A DNA stretch of 64,000 nt from Rebecca billardiae RCC1528 (taxonomy: Eukaryota > Protista > Haptophyta): NCBI GenBank assembly GCA_965240325.2, contig OZ251250.1, positions 248,001-312,000 of the forward strand, written 5' to 3'. Position 1 is the first letter of the stretch; every line of letters begins with the position of its first letter. The notes beneath the pieces were generated by a model, which searched no databases, had not been told where the DNA came from, and was given only the letters and a program-made list of their open reading frames with translations. This document shows, piece by piece, positions 34,054 to 45,177 of the stretch. The position numbers and the translations under genes were made by a program.

Positions 34054-36615
34054 GACAGGTTGCACGGAGAAATGACCGCCCGCGACTGACAGATGTTACA
34101 TTCACAGTGGACGCGACCTGTCCACCCGTCTTTCGGTACATCGCGCCCTGGCCGATACACACCTTTACCGCTCTGCGCATGGGGAACCCATGCTCGCAGA
34201 GCGGCCGGGGCGAATCTCAGGGGCCTGAGGCGGTCCCGGACGCGCGCCCCGCGGCCACACCTGAGGGTGCGGGCGGGCTCTTCGATCATGTTGGTGAGCT
34301 CTCCGCCATCGGGGCGCGCTTCATTGCGCCGCCTCGCCTCGCGTACGGCGTTCCCGTCGTGCTCGCACTGACAAGGCTGAGCAGAGCGTAGAGTGCCATC
34401 ATGATTGCATTCGGTTCCAACTTGCTCGCCAGCCACTTCCAGCCAGGTGCGCGCGGCTTGGGAGTAGACGATTAGTTCCGTGTGCCCGGGCTCGTCGTGA
34501 CACCGGCATGCCGATCCCTCCCCAGCCGAGATGTCAGAGCGCGTGCGCACAGGCAGTCACAGGCAGTGCGCACTGGTAGCCAAGTGGACGCGTGTGAGCG
34601 ACGACAAGCCACGACGAGAAAACGGCCGCATCCAACCTTCTCACATACCACTAGACCACCGCGCAGAATGCGTCTGAGCCCGCCCATTCCCGCCCATAAC
34701 GAGTTACAGCGGCTCGATTGTGAGGCGGGTGCAAAGGCGGCGGGTGAAAGCGAGCCCCGCGCGGGCGGCGAGAGAGACGCGCGTGCATAGACCTGATGCG
34801 GGAGTGCCCGAACAACGTGAAGGTGCGTCCATCTTCCAAGCGCGCGACCGGTCCGACACCGCGCCACGCCAAACGAGCACCACGCGTGTCGCCCCCCAGC
34901 GCCGGCCACGCGTCCCGAGGCGCTGCCATGTTTCGTCACGGGCCCGATCTCTGAGGTTAGCACCGGCCGCTCTGCGAGCGTGGTTCCACCACGCGCAGAG
35001 CGGCCGGGTGTGTATCGGCCAGCATCGCGCCCGTCCCATGGCGGCCGGCGCGTGGCGCGAGTGCTTGGAAACCACGGAGCACACGAATGCCGGTGGTTTC
35101 CGACCTTCGCCGCCACGGCCCGCCTCCCCGTTCGCCCGCAATCGGTACCGCAGTCTGGTGCCCAGTTCCTCTCACTCCCGCGTCGGCAGTGGCGCGAAGC
35201 CGAAGCGCATCGGGAAGAAGCACAACTGGGACCTGGATACAGGCGGTAGATAGAGCCTTCAAGGAGGCTGCTGTCGCGAACGAGCAGGATGCGCCGGTTG
35301 CGGTATGCGCGTGCACCTTTGCACGAACGTGTGCTGGTCTCCTGCTGCACTGCTCGTGCCGTACGCACGAGCGCGCAACCGTGCGCACGCGCTCAGGTGG
35401 CTCGGACCACACACGCGAGTGCTTGTGAAGCTCGCCTCACGAGGCCTTCGTAGAAGAAGGCGGGCAACCGTAGTGCGCTAAGGAAGCAGAAGGAGATGCT
35501 CGCCAAACGCGTGCAGCGCGCGTGGGCGAAGCTTGCTACGGCGCGCGCGGCCTCTGCTGTTGCAGCTCGGGCCGCCGCTCCGGCCGTGCAGGCGTCTGGC
35601 GCGGGGTCCTCGGACAAGCAGGCGAACTCTGGGCAGTCTGCCTTTGCCGCCGGCAAGAAGTATAGGAAGCGCACGCATTTGGTCGTGCGCGTGGCGCGCT
35701 CGCGCGCCGTGACGCAGCAAGCAGGCGATCCTTGACAAGCGACTCGCTGACGCTCAGCAGGCCGAGGCGACGAGCGCGGCGCTCGACCACGCTGACAGGC
35801 ACGCCCTGAGTGAGGGTGAAGGCACCTTTCGAGACAGCACTCAGGCGCTCGACGTTGGGTATGCCATTGATCGCGCGCGTGTGTGATCACGGCAGCAAGA
35901 CTAAGTCGCGCGAGGTGGAGTAGGTGGTAGCGCGCCTCTTCGCCGCATCATCCGCAGCTGACTGGCGTGCGCTAGCTCGCTCACGTCGCGCGCGGCAGCG
36001 GTCTGCTTCCACCCTGTGCGCACAGCGCGGCGCCGGCTGCACCGCCCGTTCCACTGGACGCCGGCTCGCTCGTCGTTGACGACTTCTTCTTCAACCCGGT
36101 CGCGCGGGCGCGGTGATGGCACACTCCGGCAGGCAGATGCGGCGCACTGCTCTATGCGTGCGTCGGTGCCTTTCCACGACGTCGACTCAGGCTGCTACGC
36201 GTGGCATCCAGCTCGAGGCGGAGGTCGCCAGGGCTCGCCCAAGGTCGAGTCTGCCTTGCGTGTGCTAGGTCGCCGAGGTGCGGCCGCAGAGTGCTCGCTG
36301 GCTGAATCCTGACGATGACGAGGAGTTGCGCGCCGTCGCAACCTCTCGCACGTAGTATCGTGCCGACCGAGTCGAGTCGGATGACGCTCGTGGCGGCTGC
36401 TCTTCAAATGACGCGGTCGGGCCCTTGGCGAGCTTGGGAGGAGGGCTCGGTCTGCTACATGTGCGTCAGTAGTCACGGCCTAAACCGTGCGCAAGACTCA
36501 TTGAGTCGTACATGGCGCGGCAGCACGGCCGCACCCGCGAGGGCACCGTGGGCGGGCAGCCATGCTCCAAAGGGCCGAAATGTAACACCAAGGTCAGTTT
36601 CCCGTGCAACCTGTC
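34054..36615. mobile_element. 2.56-kb TIR element, third copy
   Basis: Same TIRs and CTGG TSD. Confidence 0.85.
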
Positions 36616-36852
36616 CTGGCGGATGATATGCGCTACTACTTGTCGCTGCATGCCAAAACTCGTAGTACGTAGTCAGTGACGATATGTCTGGCCTGCCGGT
36701 CAGCTGGGCCAGCCAGAGGCCGCTGATGTTCATCAGAGGTGCGGCCCGCGCCGGGCCCGGGACGGCGCGCGCGCCGGCGCCGGGCGACGCCCCCGGCGGG
36801 CCGGGGGCACGCGGTCCGGGACTGCACACGGTGAGTGCCTCAGTGACGAGGA

Positions 36853-37371
36853 TCACCGAGCCGGCCGCTCCCACTGCGGACACGCGCCACTCGGCTGATC
36901 AACAATACAATCCCATTTATGATGATACATACATAGTGACCACGCCGAGAGGAACCGAGCGAGCGCCGCGCTGCCCGCCGGCCGCGCGAGCGGCACGGAG
37001 ACCGTGGCGGGCGCGCCGCACGCGCGGCTGGCCTCGTCGCGCCAGCGCACGGCGAGCTGGTCGGTGGGGTCGTCGAAAGAGGTGCGCAGCCAAGCGAGCG
37101 CCTCGCCCGCCGAGAACGCCGAGAAGAAGAACTCCTTGTGCACCCACCGCGGGTCGTCCGCGTCAAAGGCCGCGCCGGGCTCGCGCGCGCGCGCGCCGCG
37201 CAGCAGCGCGTAGCGGCGGTCGGCGGGGAAGGCGTCGCCCTCGCCGAGCCGCACGCGCTCGAGCTCGTCGAACCACAGGCCCTTGCACGGGTAGCGGTGC
37301 AGCGCGCTCACGCGCGCCAGCGAGCCCGGCGAGGCCCACAGCAGCGCGCCGAGCGCCGCCGCGGCAGCCAT
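36853..37371 (-). pseudogene. Truncated MOSC duplicate (172 aa open)
   Basis: Same as 26874-27392. Confidence 0.8.
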
Positions 37372-37548
37372 CGCGGACGGCGGCCGGAAGGGGTGCAGCC
37401 TTTGGCGTGCCCGTGCGGGCACTGGGCAGCCCTGCCTCCCCGTCCGCGCGGTTGCGGGAGGGTCAACCAGCCATCGCGCAAGGGGGCGCCGCGGCCCTTT
37501 TGGTTCGACGCGCGTGCCAGCCGGTGCTCTGCGCACACGCTGGCCGGC

Positions 37549-38472
37549 ATGGTCAACATGTCGAACCGCAAGTGTGATCACACGGGCTGCACCACGCGGC
37601 CTTCGCTCGGCATGCCGGGCGACGCGCGCGCCAGCCGGTGCGCTGCGCACAAGCTGGCCGGCATGGTCGACGTGGTGACCCGCAAGTGTGATCACACGGG
37701 CTGCACCACTGTGCCTTCGCTCGGCATGCCGGGCGACGCGCGCGCCAGCCGGTGCGCTGCGCACAAGCTGGCCGGCATGGTCGACGTGGTGACCCGCAAG
37801 TGCGATCACACGGGCTGCACCACGCAGCCTTCGCTCGGCATGCCGGGCGACGCGCGCGCCAGCCGGTGCGCTGCGCACAAGCTGGCCGGCATGGTCGACG
37901 TGGTGACCCGCAAGTGCGATCACACGGGCTGCACCATGCGGCCTTCGCTCGGCATGCCTGGCGACGCGCGCGCCAGCCGGTGCGCTGCGCACAAGCTCGC
38001 CGGCATGGTCGACCTGCAGCACCGCAAGTGTGATCACACGGGCTGCACCATGCGGCCTTCGCTCGGCATGCCTGGCGACGCGCGCGCCAGCCGGTGCGCT
38101 GCGCACAAGCTCGCCGGCATGGTCGACCTGCAGCACCGCAAGTGTGATCACACGGGCTGCACCACTGTGCCTTCGCTCATCATGCCGGGCGACGCGCGCG
38201 CCAGCCGGTGCGCTGCGCACAAGCTGGCCGGCATGGTCGACGTGAATAGCCGCCTGCAAGGTAGTGAGCACAAGCGTGGGCTGGAGCAAGACACGAGCGC
38301 CGAAGAATCGAGCGCTGCCAAGCGACAGCGGAAGCACACCAGCAGCACAGCCACTGCTACTCGGGACGTTGCAGCGCGGCCGCGATCGCCGCAGCTCCCG
38401 CCGCTGGTCACAGCCAGCGTCGTATCGGCGCCGCCGCCGAACGTCCCTGTAATGATGGCCAGGCTGGCGTGA
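37549..38472 (+). CDS. EsV-1-7-type repeat protein, copy 6 (6 repeats, 307 aa)
   Basis: First three repeats as in copies 4/5, then TMR, TMR and TTV units; C-tail of the copy 1/2 type. Confidence 0.8.
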   Translation: MVNMSNRKCDHTGCTTRPSLGMPGDARASRCAAHKLAGMVDVVTRKCDHTGCTTVPSLGMPGDARASRCAAHKLAGMVDVVTRKCDHTGCTTQPSLGMPGDARASRCAAHKLAGMVDVVTRKCDHTGCTMRPSLGMPGDARASRCAAHKLAGMVDLQHRKCDHTGCTMRPSLGMPGDARASRCAAHKLAGMVDLQHRKCDHTGCTTVPSLIMPGDARASRCAAHKLAGMVDVNSRLQGSEHKRGLEQDTSAEESSAAKRQRKHTSSTATATRDVAARPRSPQLPPLVTASVVSAPPPNVPVMMARLA

Positions 38473-38952
38473 CCGGCGCCGCCGCAGACGGCAGAGTGGC
38501 CTGCTGCAGCTGCGCGGGCGGACCCGGCCGCGACGTCTGCGCGCAGCGGCCGACGTTGTCGTTTGCGGCACCCTCCCCCTCCGTCGGAGACGGATGGAGG
38601 GTGCCGCATGTAACTCGACACGCGGTCGGCGCGGTGGCCCGCCGGACTGCGGAGCCGACTACGGAGTACGGTACCGTTATACAACGGCGTTATATCTGGA
38701 TGCGCTGCTACTTGTCGCTGCCAGAACTCGTCAGTGATATGTCTGGCCTGCCGGTCAGCTGGGCCAGCCAGAGGCCTGATGTTCATGAGTTCATCAGTGG
38801 TGCGGCATGCGCCGGGCCCGGGACGGCGCGCGGCGGACGGGTCAGACTCAGTAACTTCGGTGGGCACGCGGGTTGGATTAATGATGGCTGACGCTCGGTG
38901 CGTGGCGGGGATCGGGCCGCAGCGCCGGCACTCGCGTCGCAACTCTCGACCC

Positions 38953-39411
38953 TCACCCGAGCGCCGTCTCCCGCCCGTCGAAGCGCGGCACCGTCGAGAA
39001 GACGAAGCGCTCGCCCGTGCGCATCCGCGCGCTCTCGAGCGGGCGACCAAAGGTGCCCTGGACGGTGTAGGAGCTGGGGCCGGGGAGGGGCATGATGCCG
39101 CCCGTGCGCGAGGCGACCCACGTGGGCACGTGCCGCTTCGCCGCCTCGGCGGAGAGGTACTGCTTCTCCGCCTTTCGCCTCAGCGCCGTCGGTCGGAAGC
39201 TGGAGGGCGGGTTGGGGAAGCGCGAGTCGACGCGCTGGTGGCTGAATGTGCTGCCCGTCTGCGGGTCGTAGGGCCAGACGTTGGGTTTCGTCACGGGTGG
39301 CTTGAAGCCGCCGTCTCGCCTGAGCCGCATGTTCTCGGCGACGGCGTTCAGGTCCGCGACGATCGTCGACTCGGGCGGCGGCGGCGCCTGGCCGTACGCG
39401 AAGGAGGCCAT
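38953..39411 (-). CDS. Small protein with one PGPxxY motif (SHIPPO/ODF3-like, possibly flagellar)
   Basis: 152-aa ATG ORF with natural composition and the motif LPGPSSYTVQGTFG...FVFSTVPRF. Confidence 0.6.
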   Translation of the reverse strand: MASFAYGQAPPPPESTIVADLNAVAENMRLRRDGGFKPPVTKPNVWPYDPQTGSTFSHQRVDSRFPNPPSSFRPTALRRKAEKQYLSAEAAKRHVPTWVASRTGGIMPLPGPSSYTVQGTFGRPLESARMRTGERFVFSTVPRFDGRETALG

Positions 39412-39573
39412 CGCTGCTCGCGCCCGGCCGAGTGCGTTCGGCGGGGGCGCGCGAAACCGAATCCTTCTTCAGACCGGCTCTGCCAGTGCGAGAGAACCGT
39501 CCACCCGGCTTCGTCATTTACTCATTTTGTGCCGCCAAAGCCCGCCACCCGCAACCTCTCGCGCTACTCTGGC

Positions 39574-40290
39574 ATGGCGCCCGCGGTGGCGGAGCCCGTG
39601 TGCTGCCACGACCACCCGCTGCTGTACGACGCGGCGGCGGAGGTGCGCGACGGGCTCGGCGCGCTGCACGACCACCTGCGCCGCACGCAGCTCCTCGCCG
39701 AGCGCTACTGCGCCCTCGGCGCCAAGCTCGTCGCGGTCGGCGCCGAGCTGCAGCAGTCGCTCTTCTCGACGCCGGCCGCGTGCGAGACGCCGGGCGTGTG
39801 CCGCGCGCTCGACGTGCTCGCCGGCGTCGATCCGGCGACCAGGCCGCCCGAGCCGCCCGCGCAGCCCTTCGCCGCGCTCGCCGACGCGCTCGCGCGCACC
39901 GGGCTCGCGCAGGAGATGTATATCTCCCAGGTGCGCGCCGTAATCGCCGAGCCGCTCCGAGTCCTGGTCGAGGATCCGGACGGGCTGGACGGCGTGCCGC
40001 TGCGGCACGCGCTGCTCGTCGGCGCGTCGAACGCGCTCTACGACGCGCTCCTCGAGCTCCTGCGCCCGGGCGTCTCCGCCGGCTCGCGCCCGCGCGCCGC
40101 CGACCTGCAGCGCGCTGGGCAGTCGGCGTCACTCGCAGCCAAGGGCGCGGCGCGCGGCGTCGGCGGGATGCTGAGCAAGCTGATGGCGAGCGCGGGCGCG
40201 GGCGGCTCGGCGGCGCCGTCGGTGCTCGCGGGCGTGAGCTCGGCGCTCGAGGAGCTCGGCGTCGCGCCGCCGCCCGACGCCGCCGCGCCC

Positions 40291-40371
<81 letters not shown>

Positions 40372-43300
40372 CCGGAGGACGGCGCGCAGCCGTGCGCCGA
40401 GGAGCGGCTGCTCGAGGCGCAGGCGGGCTTCGTCGACGCGCGGCTGCAGTTCGAGCTCACCGCGTACCACGTGCGCGCGTGCCGCGCGCGCCGCACGGCC
40501 CGGTGCGCCGTGGCGCCACACGCACACGCGCTGCTGACGCGCCGCGCGCCGCCGCGCGCGCCGCCCGCCCCACGCGCGGTGCGTCGCCTCCGCCGCGCTT
40601 CGCGCAGGCGGCGCGGCGCGCGCGCGCGTCGATCGCGGAGCAGGCGCGCGGCTTCTTCTACGCGTCGTACACGCTGCACCACCAGACCGCCGCCGCGCTC
40701 GCCGACGTCGAGCCCAAGATGGCCGCCCTTGACCGTTACGTTTCCCGTTACGTCGCGCCGCCGCCGAGCGGCGAGTCGGCTCTCGCGACGGACCGGGCGG
40801 AGAACGGGGCGCGGTCGGACGCGGCGGTGCTGGGCGCGGCGGCGAAGGCGGCGCGCGCGCAGCGCGGCGCCGCCGGCGCGGAGGAGGGCGGCGCGGCTAG
40901 CAGGCTCCGATCGGCGCCGCCGCCCAAGCCACCACCCGCCGCGCCGCCGCCGCTGCTTCGGCTTGGCCCGCTCGGCGACGGCGGCGGCGGCGGCGGCGGC
41001 CGGCCGGCGCCGCCGGCGCTGAGCGCGCTGCGCGCGGCGGCGCTTGGCGCGCCGCCGCCCGCCGTCACGTGCGCCGGCTACCTCTTCCGGCTCGCCGAGA
41101 CCAACCTTGGGCGCGTGTGGCGGCGGCACTGGGCGGAGGTGGCGGACGGGCGACTGCTGCTCTACCGGATCTCGGCGCGGCCCGAAGCGGTTTCGTACGT
41201 GCAGCAGCCGGCGGCGGAGGCGGCCGCGGGCGGCGCGGGCGCGGACGCCGTCCCCGTGCCCACGGAGTGCGTCGACCTGCTCACCTCCTCCGCGCGCGCC
41301 GCGCGCGACCCGAGCCTCTGTCACGCGCTTGAGCTGCAGCTGCCGGCGGCGGCCATGCTGCTGCAGGCGCCGAGCGGCGCGGAGGCGGAGGCGTGGGTGC
41401 GCGCGCTGCGCGCGGCGGTGCAGGCGAGGCTCGAGGAGCAGATGCGGCTGGCGGACGGCGGCGCGGGCGGCGGCGGCGGCGGAGGCGCCGAGGGCGGCGC
41501 AGCGGAGGCGGCGGGCGGCGGCGGCGGCGCGACGGCGGCGGCGGCGCGCTTCGACGCGCGCGCGCCGCCGCCGCGCGCGTCGGCCGCCGGCGCGATGGCT
41601 GGCGCGGGCGCGGACGGCGGCGGCGCGGGCGCGGCCGCGCCCTCCGCCCCGTCCTCCGCCGCCGCCGCGCTCTCCCTCCTCGCCGCGGCCCCGTGCGACG
41701 ACTGCGCCGCGCACCCCTCGGGCTGGTGCTCGATCAACCTGGGCGTTCTCCTCTGCCCCGAGTGCGCCGGCTGCCACCGCGCGCTCGGCACGCACGTCTC
41801 CAAGGTGCGAGATTGCAATCTGGGCGGGGCGCGAGATTGCAATCTGGGCGGGGCTGGCTCTCGCGCGCGCGGACTCGTTCGGTGGAGCCCCACTTTGCTT
41901 GCGTTGATTGCTGTGTGCGTGCTTTGGGATGCGAGCAGGCGTTCATGCCCTCGCCCGTGCGGCATGCGCGGTGCCGATGCGTGGGGCCGAGATTGCAATC
42001 TCGGGCGTGGGCGCGCACCCCCCAGATTGCAATCTCGGGCGGCCGTGTGCCTGCGCGTGAGCCGACGCGGCGTGCGCGGCGGCCCGGGCGGCGCCGCGCG
42101 CGTGCGTGCGCTGCCGCGGGCTGACGCGCTCGCGCATCCCTCCGGCGCGCGCGCGCGCACGCGCGCAGGTGCGCTCGCTCACGCTCGATCGCCTCGAGCC
42201 GCAGCTGCTGCTCGCCCTGGCGCGCCTTCGCGCGCAGCAGCTGCCGCCGATGCGCGCCGCCGACGGCGCGGCCGCCGACGGCGCGGCCGCGGCGCCGCCC
42301 GCTGCCGACGGCGGCGGCGGTGCTGAGATGGTCGGCGGCGGGCCGGCGCCGCCGTCGGCGGCGCCCGGCGCGCACGCGCCTCGCGCCGCGCCGGACGCGG
42401 GCAGCAGCACCGCCGCCGCGCCGCCCCCCGCCGCCGCGGGGCCCAACTCTCTTTACGAGGCGCGTACGCCGCCGTCGCCGACCAAGCCCGGGCCGTTCTC
42501 GAGCCGTGAGCACAAGATGCTGTGGATCCAATTGAAGTACGAAATTCGCGAGTTCCTGCCGAGGTCGGAGGCGCCGCGGAGCGGCGTGCACAGGCCGGCA
42601 GCGGGGCGCGCGGAGGCGGCGGAGGCGCAGCGGCGGTGCGCGCGCGCGCGGCCGACGCCGCGCCCCAACCGCCCTCGCGCCGGCGCGCACCGCCGCGCGC
42701 GCGCCGCCGACGCCTCACGCCGGTGCTTCATTCCAATCTGCGTCGATCGCTCCGCCCCTTCCCAAAACCACCAAACACGCTCCTTCCTTCCCGCGCCGCG
42801 CGCCGCCGGCCGCTGCCGCAGGCTGCTCGATGCCGCGCGCAGCGGCGAGCTCCTCGCCGCGCTCTGGGCGCTGAGCGACGGCGCGACCGACGCGGCCGCC
42901 GCGGCGGACGCGGCCGAGGCGGCGCGGCGGCCGGAGTGCGCGCTGCTGCTGCGGCAGCAGTCGACGGCGCGGCAGCCGGCGGCGGCGCCGCCGGCGGCAA
43001 GGGCCGCGGCGCGCGCGGGCGCGAGCGCCGCCGCCGCGGATGTAACGGCAAATGTAACGGACGAGACTCGCGCCGCGGATGGCGAGGACGGGCGCACCGC
43101 CTCGTCCGTCGCGCCGCACGCCGTCGCGCCCGGCGGCGGCGGCGGCGGCGGCGGCGGCCTGCGCGGCGACGGCTCGCGCACCGCGTCGGCCGTCGCGCCG
43201 CATGCCGTCGCGCCCGGCGGCGGCGACGACGACGGCGGCGGTTACGGCGGCGGTTACTCGCGCACCGCGTCGGGTATCGTTCCGCACGCGATCGTGCCTA

Positions 43301-44103
43301 GCGGCGGCGCGGACGACGACTCGTTCACCTCCTCCTTCAGCAAGCCGCACGCCATCGCGCCCGCCGGCCTCGGCGCTGGCGGCGGCGGCGCCGCCGCCGC
43401 CGACGATGGCGGCGGCGGCGCCGCCGCTTCCAACTCGGCGGCCGCGAGCATGCCCGCGAGCGCCGCCGCGGACAGCGGCGGCGGCGCCCACTCTGCCGAG
43501 TCCGCCCGTGCATACGTGGCCGCCGCCGCGTCGTCCTCCGCCGCCGCGGCCATGCTGGCCGTCGGCTCAGCAACGGCCGCGGCGGCGGGCGGCGCCGCGG
43601 CGCGGCCCGCGCAGCAGCCGCTGAGCGCACCGCCGCCGATACTGACCGTGGACTCCGGCTCTGGCGGGCCCGGCGCGCGCACGCCCTCCTCCGCGGTGGA
43701 GTCAAACCCCGCCTCGGCCGATGAGTCCGACTCGCCCTCCGACGCGCAGGATGCCTCGTTCCGAAGCCGCGCCTCCTGCACCAACTCGGTGAGTGCGGCG
43801 CACGCTGTGGTGCCGCTGGGCGGCGGCGGTAGCTGCGGCGGCGGCGGCGGTCTGAGCGCGGCCGCGTCGCGCGAGCTGCTGCGTGAGATGGTGGAGGACT
43901 CGGAGGAGGGCGGGGAGGAGGCGGAGGGGGGCGAGGAGGGCGGCGGTGCAGCCGCGGGGAGGGCGCTCCGGGCGGCCATGGCGCCGGAGCTCCCACCGAC
44001 GCCGCCGGGCGCCACACCGCCGCCGGGCGCAGAGGGCGGAGCGGCCGCGGCGGAGGCGGGCGCGGGCGCGGAGCCGCAGGCTGGTGTGAGTCATTGCGGC
44101 TGA
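39574..44103 (+). CDS. ArfGAP with helical BAR-like N-terminus and PH domain (ACAP/centaurin-beta-like), ~4 exons
   Basis: Exons ~39574-40470, 40608-41804, 42169-42635, 42822-44103. PH motifs AGYLFR...VWRRHW...AEAWVRAL. Zinc finger CDDC-x16-CPEC, arginine finger CHRALGTHVSK|VRSLTLD, and WIQLKY. Confidence 0.85.
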
Positions 44104-45177
44104 GCAGCCGGCGGTCAGAGGCCGCCGAGGGCCCGTCAGCGTGCCACCGGCTGGCGGATCCACTCGGGTAGGCTACTGTCAGGCACTCGATCTCCCGCGG
44201 CGCCGGGTTGACTACGCGATGATCAGTCCGATCATCGCGTCATATTATATTCATCACGACTGCTGCTACTAGTGCTAGCTGCTAGTACTCGGATAGTCCG
44301 AGTGATCCGCGACCCGGTCATCGCACCGGCGCGACAGGCCACGCACTCCGTCTCCGAGTCCGAGGCAGGACAGTCGTGGCACGTGAGTACAGGCAATCGC
44401 GGGCGGCAATACTAGGAGCTGATGTCACGTTAATAAGAAACTGGGGCTTGCTATCTGCGGATCTGGCCTAGAAACTGAGACTAGCGATTGGCTCGGGTTC
44501 GCTATACGCATAGTCACACTAAGAAACCGGGACTACGTCGTCCCGGCTGACGAGTGGTCCGCCGCGAGGGCGAGGCGCAGTCGGCCCGTCGGGGACGAGG
44601 CGCGCGGCCCGACTACGAGTACAGGCCAAGTCCCGACTTCTCCTGATGACTGACTCCTGGCCAGTGCACTGCAGCATCCATGCAACATCATGCCAGATTT
44701 GCTCACATCATGCCATCATCAGATTTGCTCCAAAATAAAGGCCCAAAATTTTCGTCGGCCTCGCCGGCCGGGCCTAAAGACTCAGCGGGGGGCTCTGCCC
44801 GCCCCTGCGCCCCCCGCGCCTGCGCGGCGGCGGGACCTAGCTAAGAAACTGAGGCTCCCGCTCCTTCGTAGGCGCTCGGCCTACCGAACGGCTGAAGAAA
44901 CCGAGGCTAGCCGTGAGATCTCTGACTTCTTATTGCCCGCGATTGCCTGTACACGACACTCACTACACGGACTACCGACTAGTGGGCGCACTCATCGACA
45001 TCAGCAGTAGCATTGGTTGAGGTAGGCGACCGCCCGGCTGCCCGGGCCACTGACCCCACAGCACTCGGTGTGAGCATGACTGCACTGCCACCACACCCGA
45101 CCGTGCCGGCGACACCGGCGCCCTCCGTCTTCAGCCGGGCCCGGGACGACTGTCACTTGTCAGACTACATAAGTCAG

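Larger units (their letters stand above)
23568..37900. repeat. Near-identical ~5.0-kb tandem triplication (MITE + 2.56-kb element + truncated MOSC + EsV-1-7 gene)
   Basis: Equivalent positions are 23568, 28563 and 33558 (period 4995). Only small indels and substitutions occur until the third unit diverges inside its repeat array near 37900. Confidence 0.92.

Noticed and set aside
10935-38472. Diversity-generating retroelement as the source of codon variability
   Set aside because: No reverse transcriptase or template repeat is present in the window, and the variants are reused between copies, which fits recombination better.
40298-40369. Long (GGC)n tracts (also ~49375-49449 and 51718-51759) as separate elements
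   Set aside because: They are in-frame poly-Gly linkers, common throughout these genes.
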